From assembly GCA_020184695.1 (NCBI GenBank), contig JAANOX010000220.1, positions 38,743-102,742 on the forward strand: a DNA stretch of 64,000 nucleotides, in the 5' to 3' direction. Position 1 is the first letter of the stretch, and each line of letters starts with the position of its first letter. The stretch comes from Histomonas meleagridis 2922-C6/04-290x (taxonomy: Eukaryota > Protista > Parabasalia). Below are positions 52,869-64,000 of this stretch, in pieces. The notes beneath the pieces were generated by a model, which saw only the letters and a program-made list of their open reading frames with translations, was not told where the DNA came from and did not search any database. A program made the position numbers and the translations under genes.

Positions 52869-54809
52869 TTAAAGATCGTCGTGTTCCATTGAATCATCGT
52901 CACCGGCATCTTGATCATCGCCAGTGCTGCCACCTTGAGGAGCTACTCCAACAATTTCTGTAATCTTGTCTTGGATTTCCTTATACTTATCTTCGTACAC
53001 TTCCTTCTCTTCTCTTGGGTGTTCATCTAACCAGCTGATGCCTTCTGAGATGATTTCGTTAACCTTTTCCTTGTTTTCTTCTGAGATTTGGCCGGACATT
53101 TTCTCGTCATTCATCTGTGTCTTGAATCCGAACAACAAGTTCTCTAATTTGTTCTTAGATTCGACAGCTTGTCTAATCTTCTCATCTTCTTCTTTCATTT
53201 CTTCGGCCTTCTTGATAGCCTCTTCTCTTTGTGCCTCAGAAAGTCTTGCTTCTTGAGCGTTGATTGTGATTGATTCCTTAGCCTTAGTAGCCTTATCTTC
53301 AGCTGATACGAACAACATACCATTAGAATCAATTTCGAATGTAACCTCAATTTGGGGTACTCCGCGTGGTGCCGGTTTGATACCCATTAAATCGAATGAA
53401 CCCAAAAGGTGGTTATCCTTTGTCATTGGACGTTCACCTTCGAACACTTGAATCTTAACTTGTTCTTGGTTATCTTGATATGTAGTGAAGATCTTAGACT
53501 TGGATGTTGGTACACGAGAGTTACGTGGGATCAAAGATGTCATAACACCACCGACTGTTTCGATACCTAATGTCAATGGGTTAACGTTAAGTAAGATGAC
53601 TTGTCCTGGATCTTCATCATCACTTAAGACTGCTGCTTGGACAGCTGCGCCATGAGCGACTGCTTCATCTGGGTTAATGTTCTTAGAAGGCTCTTTTCCA
53701 TCGAAGAAATCACGAACCATTTGTTGGATCTTTGGAATACGTGTTGAACCACCAATTAAGACAATATCATCGATTTCGCTCTTTGATAATCCGGAATCCT
53801 TAAGGACGTTTTGGACTGGTGCCATTGTCTTGCGGAATAAGTCATTGTTAAGTTCTTCGAATCTGGCACGTGTAAGTGTTTCGACGAAGTCATCGCCATC
53901 ATTGAAGTTTTCGATTTCGATGGTGACTTGGTGTAATGATGATAATGCGTGCTTAGCCTTTTCTGCTTCGCGCTTAAGTTTGGCAATAGCCTTACGATTC
54001 TTTGAGGGATCTTTGCCTGTCTTCTTAATGTATTGGTTCTTAAGGTATTCGATGACACGTTGATCAAAGTCTTCACCACCAAGATGTGTATCACCATTTG
54101 TGGCTAAAACTTCAAAGAGACCATCATCAACAGAAAGAAGAGATACATCGAATGTACCACCTCCGAGATCGAAAACAAGAATCTTCATGTTGCCTTTCTT
54201 ATTAAGACCATATGCTAATGAGGCGGCTGTTGGTTCGTTAAGAATACGGACAACATTGAGGCCGGCAATGGCGCCTGCATCAATGGTGGCCTTACGTTGA
54301 GCATCATTAAAGTATGCTGGAACGGTAATGACAGCATTCTTAACTTGACGACCAAGATAATCTTCGGCAATTTGTTTCATCTTGCCAAGAATCATGGCGG
54401 AGATTTCTTCTGGTGAGAAATGTTTGGTTTCACCTTTGTATTGAACTTCGACATATGGACGATTATCTTGATTGATGACTTTGTATGGAAGACGCTTAAT
54501 TTCGTCTTGCGTTTGTTTGTCGGAATAACGAAGACCCATTAAACGTTTGATTGAGAAAATTGTGTTGGTTGGATTAATTGTCATTTGATGTTTGGCGGCG
54601 TCTCCAACTAACCTCTCGGTGTCACTGAAAGAAACAACGGAGGGTGTAATTCTGGAACCTTGTTCGTTGGCGATAATGTCGACTTTGCCATTTTGGTAAA
54701 TGGCAACACATGAATATGTTGTACCAAGATCGATACCGATAACTGTTCCCATTTTTTCTGTCTTTTCCTCTTCACATAGTGAGAGAAATGCTAAGAAATA
54801 AAGAAGCAT
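52869..54809 (-). CDS. BiP: ER Hsp70 (BiP/GRP78)
   Basis: Signal peptide, [10 protein letters not shown], full Hsp70 signatures and a C-terminal HDDL (KDEL-like). Confidence 0.97.
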   Translation of the reverse strand: MLLYFLAFLSLCEEEKTEKMGTVIGIDLGTTYSCVAIYQNGKVDIIANEQGSRITPSVVSFSDTERLVGDAAKHQMTINPTNTIFSIKRLMGLRYSDKQTQDEIKRLPYKVINQDNRPYVEVQYKGETKHFSPEEISAMILGKMKQIAEDYLGRQVKNAVITVPAYFNDAQRKATIDAGAIAGLNVVRILNEPTAASLAYGLNKKGNMKILVFDLGGGTFDVSLLSVDDGLFEVLATNGDTHLGGEDFDQRVIEYLKNQYIKKTGKDPSKNRKAIAKLKREAEKAKHALSSLHQVTIEIENFNDGDDFVETLTRARFEELNNDLFRKTMAPVQNVLKDSGLSKSEIDDIVLIGGSTRIPKIQQMVRDFFDGKEPSKNINPDEAVAHGAAVQAAVLSDDEDPGQVILLNVNPLTLGIETVGGVMTSLIPRNSRVPTSKSKIFTTYQDNQEQVKIQVFEGERPMTKDNHLLGSFDLMGIKPAPRGVPQIEVTFEIDSNGMLFVSAEDKATKAKESITINAQEARLSEAQREEAIKKAEEMKEEDEKIRQAVESKNKLENLLFGFKTQMNDEKMSGQISEENKEKVNEIISEGISWLDEHPREEKEVYEDKYKEIQDKITEIVGVAPQGGSTGDDQDAGDDDSMEHDDL

Positions 54810-55555
54810 CTTTTAATGTGAAGCCAAATTGTCAAAACCGGAAAGTATTCAAATTAAATGGCCTGAGGTTTAGACACTTTTGTCCGGCCAAACTGCCACT
54901 GAAACATTATCACTCGAAAAGCATAAAAGATTAATATTTTATATGAAAATACTTTGTTATTCTTATGTAAAGATACACACAAATATGTATGAAATCAAAT
55001 AAATATGTTTTTGATCATAACAAACATTTTTCTGGTTTGAAAATATCAATTGATAATATATGAAATTTTGAATTTATTCTTATTTATGATGCAAAAATAG
55101 TTACTTAACACATAAGCATTTAATATAATTGTAAAATAGAATAATTTTTGACAAAATCAAATCGATAATATTTATAAAATAATTTTTTGTTAAGCGAGTA
55201 ATTTCAACAATAAATACTACTAAATTTTTTGACCAAAATTATTAAAAAGTATATCTTGTATTTCGAAAAAATTTTTAAAAGATTATTTCTCCATAAATTT
55301 GAAACAATTCGGTTGTATTTTACATTTTATCGTTCAAACACTCAAAAAAATAATTTTAACGGATACAAACACAAAAATTTCAATGTAATATTTCTACTTT
55401 TCTTATGTTCACTGACCGTAAACACGATAAAAATACTTTGATTGGATCGGCACCTGGGAAACCGTTAATATTTCAATGCTTTAAATGGTCGGATATTTAA
55501 ATTGAATTAGTAAATGTTCAACCAAAAAATGCCTTCATAAGATCATTTTTTTATT

Positions 55556-57255
55556 ATGTCAGCTATAGGTATTGATTTAGGTACAACATACAGTTGCGTT
55601 GGTGTTTTCAGACACAATCGTGTTGATATTATTGCAAATGATATGGGTAATCGTACAACACCATCTTATGTTGCATTTACAGAAGACGAAAGACTTGTTG
55701 GTGATGCTGCAAAGAACCAAGCAGCTATGAATCCAACAAACACAGTATTTGATGCCAAGCGTATGATTGGACGTAAATTTAGTGATCCAGTTGTTCAAAA
55801 AGATATACAACATTGGCCATTCAAAGTTGTTCGTGGTGAAGCAGATCGTCCAAGGATTCAAGTCCAATGGAAAGGTGAAACAAAACAATTTTATCCGGAA
55901 GAAATCTCAGCAATGGTTTTAGGCAAAATGAAAGAAATCGCCGAAAGCCAACTTTCAAACAAAGTTACTGATGCTGTTGTTACGGTTCCAGCCTATTTCA
56001 ACGATGGTCAACGTCAAGCCACAAAAGATGCAGGTGTTATTGCAGGATTAAATGTATTACGTATTATTAATGAGCCAACAGCCGCCGCAATTGCATTTGG
56101 TCTTAACGAGAAATCCGATAAAGAGCGTCATGTTTTAATATTTGATCTTGGTGGTGGTACATTTGATGTTTCATTACTTGATATCGATGGTGGCATGTTC
56201 GAAGTTCGTGCCACAGCAGGTGATACACATCTTGGCGGCGAAGACTTTGATAATCGTATGGTTAATTACTTTGCAGATCGTTTCCAAAAGAAGTTCAAAT
56301 GTGATTTAAGACAATCGCCACGTGCATTACGTACATTACGAACAGCATGCGAACGAGCTAAGCGAACATTATCCACAGCCACATCCGCATCAATTGTTTG
56401 TGATTCATTATATGAAGGCCACGACTTTATGGATAACATTTCACGTGCAATGTTCGAGAATTTAAATGATGAATTATTCAGATCGACGATGACACCAGTT
56501 GCACAAGTATTAAGGGATGCGAACATGTCCAAGTCAGACGTCACCGATATAGTTTTAGTCGGAGGTTCGTCACGTATTCCACGTGTTCAACAATTGTTGC
56601 AAGACTTCTTCAATGGCAAGCAGCCATGCCGTGGCGTTGATCCGGATGAAGCAGTTGCATATGGAGCAGCAGTGCAAGCAGCAATTATCAAAGGCGACAC
56701 ATCAGATACAGTGAAAGATATTTTGTTGTTAGATGTTGCACCACTTTCATTAGGTATCGAAACAGCTGGCGGAATGATGACAGTGCTCATTCCACGTAAC
56801 ACGACAATTCCAGCGAAGAAGTCAAATGTCTTCACGACATTCTCAGATAATCAGCCCGCAGTTACAATCAAAGTTTATGAAGGAGAACGTTCGCGAACAT
56901 GCGACAACAACTTACTTGGCACATTTGATTTAACAGGTATTCCGCCAGCACCACGCGGCGTACCACAAATTGAAGTTACATTCGATGTTAACGCAGATGG
57001 TATTATGAACGTTTCTGCACAAGATAAGTCGACAGGTAACGTGAAGAAGATCACGATTAAGAATGAGAAAGGACGTCTTTCACAAGCAGATATTGATAAA
57101 ATGGTTGCAAGTTAATGCCACTTATGCAAGCTGCTTACCAACATGCAGCAGGCGGCGCACAAGGCGGAATGCCAGGCGCGAACATGCAAGGAGGAAATGG
57201 TGCATCAGCAAATAGTGGACATTCATCAGGACCACGCGTTGAAGAAGTCGATTAA
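55556..57255 (+). pseudogene. HSP70: Cytosolic Hsp70 with the lid region deleted and the EEVD tail frameshifted
   Basis: The ORF stops at DKMVAS* (57115). Another frame continues [11 protein letters not shown]...GPRVEEVD* to 57255, with no sequence in between for the helical lid. Confidence 0.85.
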
Positions 57256-57582
57256 ATGAATAAAATGTAATTAAATAATTTTTGAATTTGTATTCGTTTC
57301 GGGTAATAACTTTGAATTTCACCAATAAATTTTAACTACATTTTATCAAATTTTTAAGTTATGCAAAACTTAAACATTAAGAATTCATTTTTAATGTTCC
57401 AGCTGAGAAATTATTTTGTCATTTTAACAAAAGATTTTTTATATGTAATGTTTATTAAATTATTTTCATGTGAATACTATTATCGATCATATAAATAAAT
57501 CATTATTAAAAGTAGAAACTTTTTTCATATATTACTGAGTTAAATAAGTAAAAAGTTAAATATTTATAATATCTCAGTTTTA

Positions 57583-58101
57583 TTAATTTTCGTCTGCTAA
57601 TTGTGGAAAAATTACTTTTGTTGGCATTTGATAGAAGTTACTTTGGGTTGCTTCTAATGGATAATTATATTCTTCCTCAATCCCATGTATAACTGGAAGA
57701 AAAATATTTATAGGAATAAAGTTTGCATGCAACAAACAATCAGTAAATTGTATTGCATTACATAAAGTTCTATGGTAACCAAAATGTCTCCTTATCCACA
57801 TCCATCTATTTTTTACAGAGTTGACTGATCTTCCCACCAAATTTTTTGCAATATATGACCATTTATGTCCATATATCATTGACATCTTAAGAAGAATCAG
57901 ATCTTCATGATAGCACCAATTACTCTTGTTTATATTGGGTCTTATTTGATTTACCCATCTTTCTCTACATTGCTTTCCCGTTCTATTTGGAAGTTCTTCA
58001 GCTACTAATCTCCAATTAGTTTCACCATGTTTATTTACACTTTCACGTAACAGACGATCTTCTTCTGCAGTCCAACGCACTTTAGTTGATTCTTGATACA
58101 T
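57583..58101 (-). CDS. R2R3 Myb DNA-binding protein
   Basis: WTAEEDRLL...WRLVAEELPNRTGKQCRERW...WCYHEDLIL...WSYIAKNLVGRSVNSVKNRW. Confidence 0.93.
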   Translation of the reverse strand: MYQESTKVRWTAEEDRLLRESVNKHGETNWRLVAEELPNRTGKQCRERWVNQIRPNINKSNWCYHEDLILLKMSMIYGHKWSYIAKNLVGRSVNSVKNRWMWIRRHFGYHRTLCNAIQFTDCLLHANFIPINIFLPVIHGIEEEYNYPLEATQSNFYQMPTKVIFPQLADEN

Positions 58102-58567
58102 TAGATAATAGTAAATCAATCAATTGAATTAATCAGGTAAATTTTCAATTTTCAATTGTTAGGAGGATGGGGATAATTGAGTTCAATCCTCTTTTTTTTT
58201 CAATGTGGAAGTCCGGAATTGACTGTACCAATGGAAAATAGTCAAAAACTTCTAAAACAGAAAGTTTTCGAAGATCACGAAAGTTTTATTTTATATCAAA
58301 ATCGTTGAGTCCTTTTGAGGCAAATAAGAAATACAAAACAAAATGTTTTCTCTCAAACAAAAAAAGTTTTTTCACCGATCCTTAAGGAAACAATTAAAAA
58401 CATGATCTCAACCTCTACATGGAATTCTTTAGGTGTGTTAGAAAGGTATCTGAAACGTTTAATGGATATTGTGAAGGGATGCCTATAAATTTATAGCAAA
58501 ATCGACGACACTTTTACGGTTGTTTCAAACAAATAGCCCGCCGAAAGACGTTAGCATTTTTATAATC

Positions 58568-59203
58568 ATGGAGAGCAACAAGAAAGTCAATACTAGAGAA
58601 CAAGAGGAATTAGCAAGTGACTTAATTGCGCTTCAGCAAATCTTGGAGAATTCAGAAATTAACGCTCTTTATCATGAACAATGCATTAACCCAGTAACTT
58701 TACATTTTGTGCCTGAAACTTCATGGAATTCCCAAGAAACATCCCTCAGTGAACTTCGAGAAAGCTATTTTGCAAGGAAAAACAATCTCAATCGTAGATT
58801 TGAACATAAACTTTGGAATGCTTTGAAAATTACTTCTGCTTTTCCTGGAATGATAAAGATCATTGGAGTAACGTGGGTCACTGATAATATTATGAAAGTC
58901 TATAAGTTCCCTTTTGCAAAACTTTTAGGAATCAATGCTGTTGATGGAGGACTCTTCCACAAACAAGGAAATTTTGTGAGACATGGATTTGTACCACTTA
59001 CAGATTCTGAAGCCAGACTTAGTGTTCCAGCTGATCAACTTGCAGATGTTGATTACCACGACGTTTTATTAATTACTCACTCCAAAAATAATTTCACGAA
59101 AACATCAACAGAATCATCAATATCACAATGCAAATGGGAAAATCCAGTTGGAAAGCCACGTGTTGCTTCGTTAAAGTTGGACGAGCCAGAAGATCAAAAC
59201 TAA
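58568..59203 (+). CDS. Initiator-binding-domain (IBP39-family) protein
   Basis: RRFEHKLWNALKIT...IGVTWVTDNIMKVYKFPFAKLLGINAVDGGLFHKQGNFVRHGF. Confidence 0.85.
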   Translation: MESNKKVNTREQEELASDLIALQQILENSEINALYHEQCINPVTLHFVPETSWNSQETSLSELRESYFARKNNLNRRFEHKLWNALKITSAFPGMIKIIGVTWVTDNIMKVYKFPFAKLLGINAVDGGLFHKQGNFVRHGFVPLTDSEARLSVPADQLADVDYHDVLLITHSKNNFTKTSTESSISQCKWENPVGKPRVASLKLDEPEDQN

Positions 59204-59500
59204 GGCAAAATTGCTCTACTTGACTTTGATTTGATAAAGCACGAATTGGTAAAATCTTCTATGAAGATTCTTTTTCTGTTAAATTGTTTAAATTTCATTC
59301 CAATAATTGTAACTTCGAAGTTAAAAATTATTTCCAAGATATTTCCCCTACATTTTTATGCACATCACTTAAAATCATAGATAAATGTTTATTTATTAAT
59401 GCATAAATTTATTATTTAAGAAGAATTTTTTAGTTGATTTCAAAGACATTGCACATTCACTTTTTGAATCAATATTTGGCTTGACGATTGTATTCAGGAA

Positions 59501-59998
59501 ATGAGTTCTATTCCACTTGATGATCCTTTTTGCCCTGCGTGGACACCATTCTTTGGATTTGCAGGAATTTGTATTGGCGTTGTTTTGGCTTGTGCTGGGA
59601 GTGCAATTGGTACTGCAAAATGTGGGATTGGTCTTGCCAGCGCATCACTTATCAACAAATCAGTCATTGTTCGTGGATTGATTGCGCCCATTATGGCCGG
59701 TATCATTGGTATTTATGGGCTTGTTTTTGCTATTGTTGTCCTTGATAGCATTGTAAGTACAGGCTACCACATTGCCAAAGCTTTTGCACATTTTAGTGGT
59801 GGAATTTGCGTTGGATTCACTGGGCTTGCAGCTGGTCTCACAATTGGAATTTCTGGGCAAATAGGAATAATCTCCTTCGCCAAACAGCCAGGACTATTCG
59901 TTGGAATGACGCTTGTTCTCATCTTTGGTGAAGTTTTAGGTATATACGGCATGGTCATTTCACTTGTTCTTAACTCAAAAACTTACACATGTTCATGA
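59501..59998 (+). CDS. V-type ATPase proteolipid subunit c
   Basis: Four hydrophobic helices with GSAIGTAKCG, PIMAGIIGIYG and LIFGEVLGIYG. Confidence 0.95.
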   Translation: MSSIPLDDPFCPAWTPFFGFAGICIGVVLACAGSAIGTAKCGIGLASASLINKSVIVRGLIAPIMAGIIGIYGLVFAIVVLDSIVSTGYHIAKAFAHFSGGICVGFTGLAAGLTIGISGQIGIISFAKQPGLFVGMTLVLIFGEVLGIYGMVISLVLNSKTYTCS

Positions 59999-60471
59999 GA
60001 ATCATTTACTAAAAATAATGTCAAAAATTATTTGATCAAAAAATGTGAGTAAAAATTCTTATATTACAAATCAACCGAGCGTTTCTCATAGTAAGAATTT
60101 TTTAAATCGATTTCTTTGGATATTTTCAATATCATCTTAATGAAACAAGTTTTCAAACATGCAACATTTTAATATGCCGAACCGTTTCAACTGTTAGATA
60201 CTTTTCTCATTCTAATTTATCAATAATTTTGTAACTAATTTAGAAATTTATAAGAAAAAAAGCGATGTAAGCACCAAACGTAGTTTTACATATGTAAGAT
60301 TTTTTTCTAAAAATATGTTACAAATCAAGAACAAGTAATATTGATGATTCAGAAAAAATTCTGATGACCAAATATAACTCATAAAAAGGGTGCTTTTGGC
60401 TAATGTATTTGGTACTAGCGATGACAGTTAGTAATGAAGTTGAAAAAAATAAAATTGATCAAAAAACTTGT

Positions 60472-61197
60472 TTAGATCATTCTGAGAACAAGTTGATCGA
60501 TGAGGTCTTCGCGATTGCCATAGTCTCCGCCCTCAACGTAGTGGCGACGTGGTTGACGGAATCCGCCCTTTGGTGTGTTAAGTTGGAATGGCCAGAGGAA
60601 CCTGTTAGCAACGGTGAAGTTTGGACCACGTATGTGCAGATTTCGTGGGTCACATCTTCCAGCTGAGTTCAATTCCGAGACTTTCCTAAATGTTGCATAT
60701 GCGATGATCGTGGATGTGAGTGGGAGACGTTGACCATTGACAGCAGCAAAGCCACGTTTGAAGATGAGTTGGCGAACTACTTCAGGTGATGGATATCCAT
60801 ATGCAACATATGATTCTACGCGCTTAAGCATCTCGAGGGTTGCCTTGTTAATGCGGATGAAAACAGCGTTGAGTCTTTGGCGAAGGCGGAAGAGTTGGAG
60901 GATCTTGCGTGTTCTTGGGTCAATTCCATTAAGACCACGGATACGGATAACAAGAGCAACCTTAGCTTCAGCTGGAACATAGAAAGCACCCTCTGCAGCG
61001 GCCTTATTCTTAGCTTCAATGATGGCCTTTTCGTTAGCAACGAGTTCTTGTGCATATTTCTTGGAACGTTCTAATATACGTTCAGCACGAGCTTGAGCTT
61101 CTTGAGCAAGAACATCGCGCTTCTTAATGTATTCAGCGGATTCTTTTTCCTTGCGTTCTTGGATCTTGCGGAGTGTTTCTGGCAATGGCTTCGACAT
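60472..61197 (-). CDS. RPL7: 60S ribosomal protein L7 (uL30) with a locally corrupted segment
   Basis: FYVPAEAK, IRIRGLN, YGYPS, LIFKRG, NRFLWPFQLNTPKGG and GDYGNRED are present. About 30 codons at 60627-60712 are scrambled. Confidence 0.93.
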   Translation of the reverse strand: MSKPLPETLRKIQERKEKESAEYIKKRDVLAQEAQARAERILERSKKYAQELVANEKAIIEAKNKAAAEGAFYVPAEAKVALVIRIRGLNGIDPRTRKILQLFRLRQRLNAVFIRINKATLEMLKRVESYVAYGYPSPEVVRQLIFKRGFAAVNGQRLPLTSTIIAYATFRKVSELNSAGRCDPRNLHIRGPNFTVANRFLWPFQLNTPKGGFRQPRRHYVEGGDYGNREDLIDQLVLRMI

Positions 61198-61229
61198 GAA
61201 AAGGAAGGACCAAAACCGCTGAAACCGTT
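61198..61229 (-). promoter_or_regulatory. Tandem M3 plus M5 core promoter of RPL7
   Basis: Sense strand reads AACGGTTTCAGCGGTTTTGGTCCTTCCTTTTC-ATG. Confidence 0.7.
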
Positions 61230-61294
61230 TAAATTTCCTTCTGTTTTAACACATATTAAACTCGACTTGCGATTTTGTACGAAAGCATATAGCT

Positions 61295-61542
61295 ATCATC
61301 CTACGATCTTGATATGATGGATATATAATACACATAGTTGCATCTCTGATTAATTTAAATCTAAGAATAATATCATGATTAGCACAAGATAAACTCATTT
61401 TTTTTATCTTATAAAGTGACAAAATCGACTTTTGCATGGTTTATGTTGAACGACAGAGGCAACGATAAGTACCGATAGGAGCAAATTTGAATGATGGTAA
61501 ATATTATCAAATTTTACCACCAATTCCAAAAAATACGTTATT
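61295..61542. repeat. ~250-bp dispersed repeat, copy 1
   Basis: Aligns with 62044-62268, with shared blocks ATCATCCTACGATCTTGATAT, AAAATCGACTTTTGCATGGTTTATG and AGCAAATTTGAATGATGGTAAATATTATCAAA. Confidence 0.92.
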
Positions 61543-62043
61543 CATATCCGAAAAGTGTCTTGAGTTTCTATGCTTTATTTAATCTACCATTGGTATCACA
61601 TGATGATGATGGCAGTTAAATTAAATGATCCTTGGTTTGTTGAGAAAAAACTATAAATTTATCACCTAGGATTTATTAGTTTTGCTTTTTATATCTATAT
61701 TAATTTTTAAATTCTTCTTCATTATATTTTGGATTTTGTTAAATTTTGAAATTATTGTTATTCAAAATAACAATATCATTTAATTTAGTGATTTAAAATT
61801 GAAAAAATATCAAATAAGTCTTATAAACTATCATAAAATTATAAAATCATAATTATACTAAATTTTTGAATAGATTTTATATAAAATTTCATATGGAAAT
61901 TATTAATTATCTTTTATTATTTTTGCATCATTTGGAAATATATATTAATTCAAAGTACGAGGTGTACTTTGGGGTTACTTGTTAAGAATATTAATACAAT
62001 ATATTAAAACTCAGGCTTGGTTTTCCACCCATCGTATATAATG

Positions 62044-62268
62044 ATCATCCTACGATCTTGATATCCTTGAATATAATATATATACATGGTTGCATCGATG
62101 ATTAATATAAATCTAAGTATAATATCATAATTAGCACGAGATAAATCTATTCTTTCATTCCAAAAAGTGACAAAAATCGACTTTTGCATGGTTTATGCTG
62201 AACGATAGCAGCAAATTTGAATGATGGTAAATATTATCAAAATTTTACCCTTTATCAGATACGTTATT
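62044..62268. repeat. ~225-bp dispersed repeat, copy 2
   Basis: Same blocks as copy 1, but lacks about 22 bp between AACGA and TAG. Confidence 0.92.
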
Positions 62269-62986
62269 TACATCATTTATCATGGAATCGGCGATTTTAT
62301 TATTTATTCCAAATAATTATATGAAATCTTGATTTTTTCGAATTAATGAATTTATTGAAAAAATGAATGATATGATAATTTTCGTGATACCTTAATGATG
62401 TACTTATTTAACCTGATTGATAATATATAACTAATAAAATAGTTTCTGTATAGATCATTCTAGAGATATCTTGGCACAAACTATATATTTTTTCTGAACA
62501 AGAACGATTTATGATCATTGAATTTGTTTGATGATTTTTTTTTTTTTATTCATTTTTATTTTCCAATTTTAGCAAAATGTTCAATTTTATTGAATACATA
62601 TCTATACAAATGCAATTTGCAAATTATCTTTGAAATACTGACTTGAGATGCATTTATCGATCCCTTTTATCTCATTTTACTCACGTGCTTTCAAATTTCA
62701 AATATATTACATTTTTCAATTTATCTGACATTCTATGTAACAGTGTTGATTTCTCTATTTTTCTGAATTGCATGATTCAATACAACCGTTTCTTGAGCAA
62801 ACTTTATTCCTAAAATTGTCTTTGGGGGCAATGCCGACTGATTGAGTGGTTTATACGTCCACTCATTTCAAATTTGACTTCGAACCGCTTGAACATGGCA
62901 AAATGATATCAATAACTTATAATCGGATTATAATCGTATATAGCGATCATCCTACTTTCTTGATATTATAGATTAATTGCATTGGA

Positions 62987-63391
62987 ATGAGCACATCAAA
63001 GATAAATTCCTTTCCAGACTTAATTGCACTTACAGAAATAATTTATAACATAAATACAAACAAACTTGATACATCTGTTTCTTCATTACGAGAATTTTAT
63101 GATAATTCACGAACGTATTCATTCAACTTAATCATCTGCCGTTTCATTTACACTTTGTTTGTAACAAGCCTGAAAAATATTAATAAAATTATTGAATTTT
63201 TGAATTTAATTGAACGAGATGTAAATAAAAATCAAGTTAAAATAATTGACATTTTTTCTCAATTCCTTTGGAAAAATAACTCACAAGAATCTGGTTATCT
63301 TATCGGAAAGTTGATTGAAAAAGGTTTAATTAACTCATCGATTACTAAAAATATGAAAAATTTATTTCATATATTATTATTAACGCATTAA
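62987..63391 (+). pseudogene. Truncated N-terminal fragment of a DUF3447/ankyrin-family gene
   Basis: Resembles the first ~130 aa of the 39524 protein (LxxIxxILFxLNxxNxD...FL...NEANFILYxLIEKxLI). It stops before the DUF3447 core. Confidence 0.55.
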
Positions 63392-63602
63392 ATTTGATCA
63401 ATATTATTATATGAATCAAAATTTGATAAATAGAATATTTTATATCAAATTTAATTGTATGATCATCATATAATTTGATGTAATTTTTGTGAAAAAAATG
63501 ATGAAAAATTCATAACAACAAAAAATTAAAAATTACTCATTGTATTATTTACTCTTAAAGTTTAATGGAAATCTATTGAGTACACCTTTTAGTTTATATA
63601 TT

Positions 63603-63649
63603 GATAGATGACGATAGAAACCGATAGACGAACGATAGATGATCTATAG
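63603..63649 (+). repeat. Array of GATAG motifs at ~10-bp spacing
   Basis: GATAGATGAC GATAGAAACC GATAGACGAAC GATAGATGATC TATAG. Confidence 0.75.
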
Positions 63650-63961
63650 TAAGAAATTTTCAATTATTGAATCTGTAAAAAAAATTTGAATACATTGAAC
63701 AAATTTTATTTGTTTTCTAATTTTGGAAATATTATGGAATTATAAAAGTGAAATAATTTTTAAAAGTTTTTAATGTGATTTCATTATTCATTTCTGTATA
63801 AAGTTTATTATAAGCAATAATGAATTCTAGTGAAATATATATAAATTGTTCAAGTAAAACTAAGATTAAATTTTTATAGTTGCTAATGCTTTTTGTTTCT
63901 TTGCTTCTTTTCTTTTCATCATACAAAATCAATGTCAGTAAGTAACAACAGAAATGAACAT

Positions 63962-64000
63962 TTACACATAACCATAAATATTACTATCGTCGGCATCTTT
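63962..64000 (-). CDS. Possible 3' end of a gene entering from the right edge
   Basis: Open frame KDADDSNIYGYV followed by TAAA. Confidence 0.25.
   Translation of the reverse strand, partial: KDADDSNIYGYV

Overview
AT-rich, gene-dense, apparently intron-free eukaryotic DNA in the standard genetic code, from a parabasalid (Trichomonas/Tritrichomonas-like). Lineage evidence: an IBP39-type initiator-binding-domain gene, DUF3447/ankyrin genes, a BspA-like LRR surface protein, an R2R3 Myb, M3 (CGGTT) and M5 (CCTTT) core-promoter motifs, and TAAA stop/poly(A) signals. About 40 CDSs are present, including histone H4, eS28, eS12, uL30/L7, BiP, cytosolic Hsp70, V-ATPase c, a CYFIP-like protein, an inositol 5-phosphatase, a DENN protein, an Arf-like GTPase, a CMGC kinase and an ERGIC protein, plus one tRNA-Lys(UUU). 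The main oddities are: a cytosolic Hsp70 whose lid is deleted with the EEVD tail out of frame; a locally scrambled patch in L7; a duplicated ~250-bp element near 61.3-62.3 kb with Inr/MRE-like motifs and paired micro-ORFs; a small protein family with an unannotated disrupted copy at 52.1-52.5 kb; a doublecortin-like plus P-loop protein; an FG-rich insert in an ankyrin protein; two probable bacterial gene acquisitions with added membrane anchors; and a pseudo-GTPase and pseudokinase. All family assignments come from motif recognition by eye, with no database search. I found no unambiguous novel multi-gene system; the candidates are ranked below.
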